From: Eledone cirrhosa
Lineage: Eukaryota
Direction of reading: 5' to 3'
Length of the DNA stretch: 64,000 nucleotides
NCBI GenBank assembly: GCA_964016885.1
Contig: OZ024740.1
Coordinates: 264,926,001-264,990,000, forward strand
The notes beneath the pieces are model-generated. The model saw only the letters and a program-made list of their open reading frames with translations, was not told where the DNA came from and ran no database searches. Below are positions 15,760 to 27,624 of this stretch, piece after piece. The position numbers and the translations under genes are program-made. Each line of letters starts with the position of its first letter. The first letter of the stretch is position 1.

Positions 15760-15881
15760 CTCATAAGACGTGTCCAATCAACCATGAAGAAGCATGCATA
15801 TGATGGGTATATATATATATATATATATATATACCCATCATATGCATGCTTCTTCATGGTTGATTGGACACGTCTTATGAG
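15760..15881. repeat. 122-bp perfect palindrome with (TA)n centre; third direct copy of the arm at ~16111-16190
   Basis: CTCATAAGACGTGTCCAATCAACCATGAAGAAGCATGCATATGATGGG followed by its exact reverse complement. Confidence 0.9.
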
Positions 15882-15898
15882 AGGGATATATATATATG

Positions 15899-15944
<46 letters not shown>

Positions 15945-15964
15945 ACTAGTAACATAAAAAAGGA

Positions 15965-15995
<31 letters not shown>

Positions 15996-16186
15996 TGATA
16001 AAGTTATATCTTTATAAATGTATGGTGTGTAACCAAGACTGCACCAACATGTATATATACACACACCTAATATGTTGGCATATATACATGCCCGAAAATA
16101 TGAATTTCATTATAAATTGATTTTCCTATACTATTGGCCCCTCATAAGACGTGTCCAATCAACCATGAAGAAGCATGCATATGATG

Positions 16187-16233
<47 letters not shown>

Positions 16234-16372
16234 CTCTTTCTCAATACTGGATTAGAGTTTAAATATCCAACTATTATGGTTTAGTATAGTGAGCCTTGTT
16301 AATCTGGAGTTTCACCTACACATTCACAAACGCATCATACAAAACTAATGTATAATGTATGTGCATTTAATA

Positions 16373-16513
<141 letters not shown>

Positions 16514-16760
16514 GCATTAACATGAAACAACACCAAAGTTTTAAACCATTTTAAAACTGTTTTAAAGAGTTTTAAAATGGTTTAAATTTTGGTGTTTAAT
16601 TTTAATGTACGTGTATAACACCTCGGCATGGCCTTTACATTGAGCTACAGATCAATCTGTAAATCAATATACCATTAATACTATAACTATAATATAATAA
16701 TAATAAATATATATGTGTATGTGTGTGTGGGGGGGGGTGCGTGTGCGTGCGTGCGTGTGT

Positions 16761-16849
<89 letters not shown>

Positions 16850-17924
16850 CGTGTGCGTGTGTGTTATGAGTCAAATCCTTACAATCGTCGTCGATTCTGT
16901 TGTCAATTAATCAGCAGCTACAACAAAAACCACACCATTCCTTATTATCCCCTTCACCACCTTCCACTATCTGTAATTCATTTTTATTATTGTATTTGAT
17001 AATAATTGCCATTCTGTATATTTTCTTTCTCCGTTTTTTTAATTCTATACATGTTAATTTCTGTTGCAACTTTTCTCATTTTGTATAAAGTCCACACTTT
17101 TAGTTTTCCCTCTTTACATATATTCTATTCTTCGGTAACATTTCTTTGTTAGCTACTTTTATCGCTTTACTTAGTTGTTTTTTTTATATACTGGTAATGG
17201 CTTTATTAAGTTTAAATTTTATTTGTATTCCTAAATTCTTTGACATTTCTTTCAATAGTTTTCATTCTTCTTATATTTTGCTTCATATTTTTCATTGTTT
17301 TCTTCATCATGCTCTGGTCGATGTTTCATTGGCACCACGTGTTTAGTTTTTTTTTTAGTTTTTTGTTTTTTTGTTTCAAGAACTTACAATGATGATTTGG
17401 AATGTTAACCAAGTAGGCATCTATTAATCTTAAACAAATGTGCGTATTGATTCATTATTAAGCACTTATTCCCCAAATACATTTATTCTTTCAAAAGTCA
17501 CTTAAATCTAATTATTTCTTTTGATTCTTCGCCACACTCCCACTGATAATATTTTGTAAAAGTGAAGTTAAACAAGTGAGAGCACTGAATCCGAATGCAA
17601 ATAATTAATTATCATTCACACACATATTTCTAAAAACAATTGCAGAGGTAGAGAAGTATATATAGAGAAATTGAAAGAAATAACAGAATACAAAAAACGG
17701 GTACACTAATACTTGGTCAGAGATACACTGGCAGCGAGATGCTTTCCCCTCCAATGGAATCACACACACACTCACACATAGATACATACACATATGTGTT
17801 CATGTGTGTGTCTGAGAGAGAGAGTGTGTGTGTGTGTGTGTGTATGCATGCATATGTATATAAAAATAGGTATTCGTATATATACATGTATATATCTATA
17901 TGCATATATATATATATATATATA

Positions 17925-18146
17925 TATACATACATGGTGGCTGCCAACTCGTTTTCGAGTACGGCCACTACTTTATATCCATGTAGGAGAATCCTTACCG
18001 ATGCGCTGAACGAGTGTGACTTTTTAGTCCAGCCAGCGACTTGAAAACTCTGGTACAAACACTACACTTGTGACAATTATTGACACATAGTGCTGGGCCC
18101 ATCGTACCATGTGACGACAAGTGCAGAAAGATCTCCAGATATAAAG
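17925..18146 (-). mobile_element. Probable RTE-clade LINE 3' end (C2H2 finger, short 3'UTR, (ATGT)n tail)
   Basis: CSVCTRVFKSLAGLKSHTRSAHR* then ...GAGTTGGCAGCCACC-ATGTATGT. Confidence 0.6.
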
Positions 18147-18211
18147 CATACATACATACATACATACATACATACATACATACATACATACATACATACA
18201 TACATACATAC

Positions 18212-18962
18212 ATACAGGAGAAGGAGGACATCTACGGACCATTGATGAGGAGTATACAAATCCAGTATCCAAGATACACCTTTAGCTTCATACCCATCAA
18301 TATTGGTGCTACGGGTTATATACCAACCCGCTTGGACCAAAGTATGACCGAACTTGGATTTGCGGACAAAAAGCGCAGCTCCCTAATTCATAGTCTGCAA
18401 ATGGCTGCGATAGCTGGCACCTTCAAAATTTGCAAAACATTCTTGCGATTCAAGGGATGACAATTTCTTTTCTTTTACAACCTTGCCACCAGGAAGGTGG
18501 CCGGTCAAAAAAATATACTCGAAATTAAGAGAAAGAGAAAACATACCTGATATTGTAGTTTGGGACCACACATTGAAAACGTGTTCTGTTGTGGAGATCA
18601 GCTGCCCACTTGATGTAAACGTTGTCAGAAAAATACAGGAGAAGGAGGACATCTACGGACCATTGATGAGGAGTTTACAAATTCAGTATCCAAGATACAC
18701 CTTTAGCTTCATACCCATCATTATTGGTGCTACGGGTTATATGCCAACCCGCTTGGACCAAAGTATGACTGAACTTGGATTTGCGGACAAAAAGCGCAGC
18801 TCCCTAATTCATAGTCTGCAAATGGCTGCGATAGCTGGCACCTTCAAAATTTGCAAAACATTCTTGCGATTCAAGGGATGACAATTTCTTTTCTTTTACA
18901 ACCTTGCCACCAGGAAGGTGGCCGGTCAAAAAAATATACTCAAAATTAAGAGAAAGAGAAAA
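18212..18962 (+). mobile_element. Two head-to-tail 5'-truncated RLE-type (R4-like) non-LTR 3' ends inside (CATA)n
   Basis: PDIVVWD..VVEISCP..EKEDIY..PIIIGATG restriction-like endonuclease motif; near-identical ~80-bp 3'UTRs ending GAAAGAGAAAA-CATAC; copies at 18212-18541 and 18542-18962. Confidence 0.8.
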
Positions 18963-19426
18963 CATACATACATACATACATACATACATACATACATACA
19001 TACATACATACATACATACATACATAATTTGGCCGTATGTAAAAGTTATGTAAAAAAAAATGTACGCCAGGCTCGGCATGTCATATTGATTTGAGAAAAT
19101 AATTCCAGACAGACAAAAATCACATGAATAGTAATTCCAATAAAAATGTAATGACGCGGCATGTATAAAGCTAACAGCTCCATTCTAAATATAGAGCTAA
19201 GTAAGTAGTAATTAATTCATTATAATATAGAGTTTTATTGATGATGAGGGAGAAAGTTATCTATCTCTTTATAATCCATTTTTTATACACCTGATGGATA
19301 TAATAAAACTCAGGTGCTGTGTATGTATGTACGTATATAGGTGTATGTATGTATGCATTTAACACACTCACACACACACTTATATATATATATGTGTGTG
19401 TATATATATATATGTATATATATATG

Positions 19427-19457
<31 letters not shown>

Positions 19458-19497
19458 ATATATATTATATATATATTATATATATTATATATATATA

Positions 19498-19573
<76 letters not shown>

Positions 19574-19574
19574 C

Positions 19575-19607
<33 letters not shown>

Positions 19608-20004
19608 CATTTACAAGTATAATCACAAGAATATTCATATAGGCAATTATATATTCATTTAATACTTATACACTTGAATATTAATATATATAATCAATTA
19701 CGTGTAAATTATATATCGGTTTCGTATTTTGAGTTCTGAACGTTTTTTTGGATGGCATTTCTCCGCGTTATATATTTTCGTTTTCTTCATAGATTACTTA
19801 ACCATACTTCCGACAAATACGTCACGTATATATATACACAGAGAGAGAGTGCAGGGGAGGGAAAACAGACAGAGAGTGAGAGAATGTAGAGAGATATATA
19901 GATATATAGGTAGGTAGATAGATGTTAAGAGTTGAGATTGAGACAAGTAAAAGCCTGCTACATTCATAATGGAAGTTGAGTGTAGATTGTGTCATAATAT
20001 TGTC

Positions 20005-20041
<37 letters not shown>

Positions 20042-20507
20042 AATAGTATAGCCTGCCATCTTTAACAGCTTGTTCTGTTCATGCCACCGGTTACTCCCTC
20101 GCGCACACATTTCCCTTATATCTACACGTGCGAAAGTTAGTTTACTTTAGTTCTCTCTAGTAGTGCGGAAAAATATCGGCCTGCCACATGCTGATGTCCC
20201 ACAGGACCGGATTGGAACCCACTTAAATGGCGAAACATTCTCCTGGTGAGTTTGTACATGTGTGATTTAGGTGAGATTGGTTTCTCATTTTAATTAATAC
20301 TTTTAATTTTAATGTTTTTCCTATTCCTCTAGTAGCTTATATTCACTTCGCGTTGGTTGTTTGAAATCCCTGTAAAGAAAAACACACTCTTCTGTGTCTT
20401 TCCCCCTCTATATATTGTATTTTAAAGTGCCCAGGGAAATTCTTTCCTTTGAGCTCATTGAATTACAGGATTATACGCGAGTCCTTTGCTCCGTTATTTT
20501 TCTATAT

Positions 20508-20727
20508 TCCCTCTTTTCGATCGACTTTCGTCAAGTCGGACCGAGGAAACAATGTTTCCGTTGGTCTTTCCAGTTGATAGTACTATCTATCGGTCGCAAC
20601 TCCAGGTAGAAGGAGCAACGTGAAATAAAGTGTCTTGCTCAAGGACATAGCGCATCGCCCGGTCCAGGAATCGAACTCACAACCTGAACATTGTGAATCC
20701 AATTCTCTAACCACTCAGCTACACGCC
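20508..20727 (-). mobile_element. tRNA-derived SINE (family B); fragments also near 40100-40200 and 42480-42590
   Basis: Minus strand GGCGTGTAGCTGAGTGGTTAGAG..GAGTTCGATTCC..TCCTTGAGCAAGACACTT. Confidence 0.75.
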
Positions 20728-21006
20728 TTACTATATATGTTTATATATGTAGATAAATCTACCAAGAGTTTACGGTAGTGTCCAATCCGTATGAAGAACT
20801 CAATGTAATCCGGATATCATGGAAAGAAGAGATGCAATGAAAAATCACTTTCGGTGAAAGATAAACGGAATACAGAGTCAAGATAAAATATTAAAAAAAT
20901 ATTAAATAATAAATTTTAAATAATGAACTTTTTTTGTTTAATATAAGGAACTGTTTCATTGTTTTATTCATTATTTTTTTAATATTTCATATTTATATAT
21001 ATATAT

Positions 21007-23067
21007 CCCAAATGTTTGCCCAGTACACCGGCCCCACGCCCGAACTGTACGGTCGTTACATCGACGACTGTATCGGAGCCACGACCCTCACCCGAGAACA
21101 GCTCGACTCATTCTCTCCTTCTTCTGCTCCTTCCACCCCTCCCTCCACTTCACCACCTCTATCTCCACCACCCACGTCCACTTCTTAGACATCTCCGTCG
21201 CCTTCGACCCCTCCCACCACTCCCTCGTTACCTCCGCCTTCTTCAAACCCACCGACTCCCACTCCTACCTCGACTTCACCTCTTCCCAACCATACACACT
21301 AAACACTCTATTCCCTACTCCCAACTCCTCAGGATCCGCAGCCTCTGTAGCCGAGATGCTGACTTTGAGTCCCAGGCCCTTTCCCTAGTCAGCCATTTCA
21401 TCCGCAGAGGTTACCCCCCCCCCCTTCTCGTCCACACTGCTCTCACCCGCGCCCGTGCTGTCCACCGCTCCACCAGCCACACCCCACGCCACGGCACACC
21501 CATCCACCGTCTCCTCTTCCCCATCACCTACCACCCCTCCACCATACCCCTCCACCTCACCATGCGACGCCTCTTCCGACGCCTCCAGTCCGACCCCTCC
21601 ACCTCCCACATTTTCCCAGCCCCACCACTCCCCTCCTTCAAACGCGCACGCAATCTCCGTACCCTCCTCGTCCACAGCTCCCTGCCCCCAACCCACGCTC
21701 CCCCCCCCCGGTTCCTTTTCCTGTTCTAGGCCCCGCTGCAACACCTGTCCCCACATCACCAACACCACCACCTTCCAGGGTCCCAACGGCCACTCTCTCT
21801 CTGTCCGGTATGCCTTCCGCTGCACCTCCTCCAACCTAACCTACGGACTTCGCTGCACGGAGTGCAGCGCGACTTATGTCGGACAGACTGGACGTCGCCT
21901 GGCGGACAGATTTACTGAGCACCTCCGGGATATTCGTCTCGGTGGTAGTTCCCCCATCGCCCGCCACTTTGGTGCCTCTGGACATTCCGCACACCACCTC
22001 ACAGTCTGTGGCCTACTCCAATGCCAAGGAACACCCGCCACTCTCCTAAGGGTCGAACAACGAACCATCTTCACCCTACATACCCACACTCCCCCCGGTT
22101 GAACTCCCCACCCTTATTCCTTTAGCCTTCGACCGCCCCCCCTCCCCCCACCACCACCCCGCAACTAACATCACTAACACCCACTGACCCCAAGCACACG
22201 AACACACACACCCACTTACACCACCCACTCTACACGCAACTAACATCACTAACACCCCCCAACCCTACGCACACGAACACACACACTCTCTTACACCACC
22301 CACTCTACACACCCTACCACCACTGACCCCCACTCACACCCGCATTCAACCCTTTCTCCACCTCCAGTATACTAACACCCCCTTCACCACACACACACAC
22401 CAGTACACTAAACTCCCTCCATCGGCCCCCACACCCTTCTCTCCCCGCTCCACCCACACCCTTTCTCAAACACACACACATCCCACTAACACCTCTACTA
22501 ATACACACACACACCCTCCTCACTCCAACTTTCACACCTACCCATCTTCTCCCCTGTCCACCGCACCTCCGCACACACTGACACACCGACTTTCTTCACT
22601 TACCATTCTACCCAACTGCTGCTATGCCTCTCTGACCACCTCCCCGCACACACAGACACACAACCCTCCTCCTACCTTGACCCTCTGACCACTTCCTGTT
22701 GCGCGCGCACCCCCACATCTCCCCTCTTCCGACCAATCTCTTCACGGATTACACATATGTGAACCTTGATCCCGAGAATCTATCGCATCCCAAGGATTTT
22801 ACTCAGAATTCCACCACATCCTTTTACGGAATTACCTTTACGACTCACCCCCAGACATATACCCCAAAAAATGTTTTTTCACACGCCACCTACATCCACA
22901 ATACTCATAAACACCACACACACACGTGCGTCCCACCACATATTTACACATTCAGCCTCCGGAATCCTCTCCCCCCACCCCTCTATCCACACACTCCGAC
23001 CTACACCCTACCCCACACACACCTCTTCCTGAACATGGAACCCCGTTCTTTCCCCAACCCTTGCTTT

Positions 23068-23108
<41 letters not shown>

Positions 23109-23462
23109 ACACCTACACACACACACCACCTTCAGCCCTCCCCGCTCCGACACCCCGTCTCCCTCTCCCCACTCCACCCGCCACCACCCCTACACGCCCC
23201 ACAACCTTCCACCACCTGTTTTACCCCATTTTATTTTTATTTTGATCATGCCTTTATTTTTAATTTCATTTGCACCGTTTCTCTCACCCCTTTTTGCTAT
23301 ATGTCTCTCCACCACTCCCCTACACACCCTTTGAACTCTCTTCCCACACACTTTTCACCTGAAGAAACGTCGTTCCCCACCACACCCCACTCTCAAGAGC
23401 GTGAAACTAATAAACCTTTGTTCGTACTGCCTCTCTGTTTTGTTCCCGTTCAATTTTTCACT
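21007..23462 (+). mobile_element. 5'-truncated Penelope-like element, Neptune-like, with long C-rich 3' region
   Basis: RT motif YGRYIDD, thumb SIPYSQLLRIRSLCS, linker CSRPRCNTCPHI, GIY-YIG (LTYGLRCTECSATYVGQTGRRLADRFTEH); frameshifted; flanked by (TA)n. Confidence 0.88.
21012..22102 (+). pseudogene. PLE RT-GIY-YIG ORF fragment with frameshifts
   Basis: Spread over ORFs 20934-21188, 21016-21729 and 21455-22102. Confidence 0.85.
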
Positions 23463-23663
23463 ATATATATATATATAAATATATATATATAGATATAGAT
23501 AGGTAAATATACACGGGTGTGTATGATTGTGTATAGAAGATTATATTAATAAGAGGAATTCCAACTTTGTCTGATTTACTTGTTTTATTTACAATCCTTT
23601 AAAATATATATAATGGTATTATAATGAAATAGTATGATAGAATATTAAATTCTAAGTGTTAAT

Positions 23664-23702
23664 TGAACAAGTACTTTCATGCTTTCGCAATCTTCAGGTT
23701 CA
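23664..23702 (-). ncRNA. Mirror copy of the hammerhead motif
   Basis: Exact reverse complement of 23787-23825. Confidence 0.75.
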
Positions 23703-23786
23703 TGATATGTGGTGACAGTCGAGTTTGCAATTTTCAACTGTCAAACCACAGTTGAAAATTGCAAACTCGACTGTCACCACATATCA

Positions 23787-23825
23787 TGAACCTGAAGATT
23801 GCGAAAGCATGAAAGTACTTGTTCA
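23787..23825 (+). ncRNA. Minimal type I hammerhead ribozyme motif
   Basis: TGAAC-CTGAAGA-TTGCGAAAGCAT-GAA-AGTACT-T-GTTCA: stem I TGAAC/GTTCA, intact core, GAAA-capped stem II, palindromic stem III. Confidence 0.75.
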
Positions 23826-24534
23826 ATTAACACTTAGAATTTAATATTCTATCATACTATTTCATTATAATACCATTATATATATTTTAAAGGATTGTAA
23901 ATAAAACGAGTAAATCAGACAAAGTTGGAATTCCTCTTATTAATATATATATATATAAAGAAACACAACATACCTATTGATTTCTTTTTCTGACACAACC
24001 AAGCACACACAGCTGACAACAATTCTGTGACATACAGAGTGTGCCCGTAAATGTTTTCAAGCAACATGTCCACATGCTGCTAACCATGATCTCGGATGGA
24101 CCCACAACACGAGGCGAAGCACAAATAAGAGCAGTAGCAACAAACTCTCTCTTGCATCAACAGCCAACCAAGGAAGGTTGACTATAGAATATGTGGCAGC
24201 AATTGCGTTGTCCCAGCTTGACATTAGATTCCAACTTGCTATCGTCTACACATTGTCGTCATCTCGGTGTGCATGAATCGATGCACCATTGCTCATGTCA
24301 ATACCCAGGCTCCGTATTGATTTTAGCTCTGGGAGTTCGCTTCTATTTGGTCCGGTGTAGCTTAGAAATGATAATTATTTACCAATTATGTTCTTATGTT
24401 CTTCATGTACCAATGTTCGATACCGTGTCTTTCGCCAGTCTGGATATTGACAAAATTACATTAGAGTTCTAAATATCTCAATACCTTATACAATAGTATC
24501 ATCAAATCATATACTTTACCTTATATATATATTA

Positions 24535-25443
24535 TCTGTATATATGTGAAATTAAGTATGTGTGTGTGTTTGTGTATTACCTATAGGGTCGTACATCTTA
24601 CGACTGATTTTCATGAAAATTTACAGGCTCATAGAATACTAATCGGGGAGTCTTTTCTATATATCAGCGTATGGTTTTTTTTATTCTGGGGTCATTCTGT
24701 AGATAAAAATCGATAAGGTGGGATCACCTTTTTTTAGGTATTGAAAAGTAAGATTTTTGGCTCTAGTTCCAACATTTTACCACCGATTTCGTTCAAATTT
24801 TAAAGCAAAATAGAATTTATCATTGCACATCCTGTAATTGCTTTATATTTTGCATTTGTTTTTCAGGGACAGCGTGGCAGCCGCTTAAATATTCAAAAAT
24901 ACCACTTTTAGACTCAAATTTCCACTTTTTCGGCTCTAGCTCCCACATTAATCAACCTACTTTACTTTGTTCAAATTTTACACTATGCTAGATCCGATTA
25001 CTTCACGTCTTAAAGTGGCTTTACATTTTGGATTTTTTGTTCAGGAACGGCGTGGCAGCCGCTTAAATATTCGAAAATACCACCTTTTCGCTCAAATTTT
25101 AGCCTCTTCGGCTCTAGCTCCCACATTTTTCAACCGATTTCGTTCAAATTCGAAACTTCGGCTTCACCTCACACATATATCAATTTATTTGGTTCAACTT
25201 TTATACTACGATAAAACCTATCATTGTACATTTTATAGTAGCTTTATACTTTGCATTTTTTGATCAGTGACGGCGACCTATCATTAGCTCCTTCCACCTC
25301 CCACATATTCCATCCGATTTCACTCAACATTTCGCCATTTACTACACCTTACGACCAAGAAACTCGCATTGATAAGTTCAACACCTTTTCATCAAAGCAG
25401 ATATTATTTTACCTACCCAGGCAACGCTGGGTACTGCTGCTAG
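24535..25443 (+). mobile_element. Non-autonomous Helitron-like element with internal degenerate tandem repeats
   Basis: 5' TC, 3' hairpin TACCCAG-GCAACG-CTGGGTA followed by CTAG; repeated GCGTGGCAGCCGCTTAAATATTC and GGCTCTAGCTCCCACATT units. Confidence 0.65.
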
Positions 25444-25700
25444 AATTATATATACGAAACCTAAACGAAGTAACAAAACGAGAGAGTGATACAGTACACT
25501 GGATATATTTTAGTTTTACGCTTGATATAGTAGGGATGGAAACTACCCTTTTCGGTCGTTCGTCCTTCATTAGAAAAAGGAATGAATGATAGATAAAGAA
25601 ATTGAATGGTAGGCAAGTATTAGATATGGAAGAGACAGGACCTTTCATTCGGAGGAAATTCACCTGTGTATTAAGTAAGTTATAAGCATGTATATATATG

Positions 25701-25821
<121 letters not shown>

Positions 25822-27314
25822 GTGTTTGCGTTCGTGCATGTGTGCATTATATATAATCGGAAATTGTTAGTGTCAAATGTATATATATGTATATCAATGT
25901 ATGACATTAACTCATTACGAATTCTTTCTTTCTTACTAAATTTCTGATATTAACGTTAAATAACGACAATTATCATTTTTTTATCACCCTATTCATAGCC
26001 TAAATAGTTACATTCAGTATAACATTCTTTTTCTACCAAGTGTTCTCTATATATCATTTTCCTGTAATTATGCAATTATAACTCATAAATGTTTTTTTCT
26101 TTTGAAAACTGTTTGCTGCTTCTAGAATTGTATTGAGAAATCGAATATATTAATAATTGATCAAGTAGCAAATATATATCAATATTATATACGTGTTAGT
26201 ATGCATTCAGTTATTTTTCTTGCATTTACTAAAGAAAAGAATGTGAACATATATGTGAATACAGGTACCTCACATTCTGTGTTCGTCCTATGGTTAATAA
26301 TATAGTGTCCTATGTGAGTCTGTCTTAACACACGACCACTTTGTTTATGTAGAGGTTTATGAGTTTGTGATGTGTATGATTTGTATGTTTTCTTTTAGTG
26401 TATGGTGCCTGTGCTGCAGAATTTCAACAAACGTATTGTTAATATGCTCTGTTGATATATTTTTATGCAATTATAACTCTTTTTTATGCAACATGTATAT
26501 ATATTTCTATATTTTTTACTTGTGAATAATGTAAATAATCTCTGCCAAAATCATATAAACCTATTTTTTTACAGATGAACACTAATTCCTGATCTCCATT
26601 GGAGTATCGCTATTAGCTTTCTCCGTTTATGTAATTATGTAAGTAATATACTCTTGGATCACCAGACATGAACTTTCCCGATATAAGGTATGACTCTCTA
26701 TGTTTATTTTTTTTATATGAATATTGATTGTTTGTTCCTATATCTCATATCTGTTATTTTACCTGAGAAAATATCTCTATGTGTCCTTAAACATTGCACA
26801 CATATATTTATTTTTTCATATCCAATCGAGTTCTTCGCAGGAGGCTTGAATTCTTGTCATAGTTCAATAACCTGCGTGTGTATTATTTTTCCCGGTAGCC
26901 TCCTCCTCCCATTTTCGGGACAGCGAGAGATTTTCTTTCGAACTCCTGGACTTACAACCTAATAGCTCCTTCTAGCACTGATGGTGAGTATCGTTAAATA
27001 TTGATGTTGATTTAGTTATTAATATTATTGGGCACCCATTGAAGATTTATAAGAGCCCACTTGTATAAGAATCCATTGATCTTACACAAGCTTCTACAAA
27101 ACTTGGTATAATTTCACCCACCATGTAGAAATCTTACAATGAAACGATTCGTTTGGGATCTTTAATATATCTCATATAAAATAATAGAGCCAATTATCCA
27201 CACAATACAATATAGTTAGCACTCCAAACTTTTAATTGGGAATATACTCCGGTATTTCCTAATGTTTGTTGAGTGAGTTGGAAATTCGTCGAAGTATCGC
27301 TATTAGCTTTCTCT

Positions 27315-27390
<76 letters not shown>

Positions 27391-27417
27391 GGTTACACAA
27401 CAGTTAATCCACCATAC

Positions 27418-27455
27418 CGAGAACAATTGTTTCACCTTAGCGGATCCTCAGCTCG
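27418..27455 (-). ncRNA. Minimal type I hammerhead ribozyme motif in the PLE 3'UTR
   Basis: CGAG-CTGAGGA-TCCGCTAAGGT-GAA-ACAATTGT-T-CTCG. Confidence 0.75.
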
Positions 27456-27624
27456 TAATGGACATGGTTATACGGAACAGGAAGGACAAACGTACGAACG
27501 TGCATGCGCAGAAACCGTCACTTCACACAGGCAATATTAAAAAGCGTGCGAGAGGTGTAAGGGAGATAACTGCGAAAGTCCGAAAAGTTTCTAGTTGATA
27601 AGAAAATTAGGATGTTGTTGTGAT

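Larger units (their letters stand above)
23542..23947. repeat. 406-bp inverted repeat (200-bp arms, 6-nt loop, one mismatch seen)
   Basis: Arms 23542-23741 and 23748-23947 are reverse complements; loop CAAACC. Confidence 0.95.
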
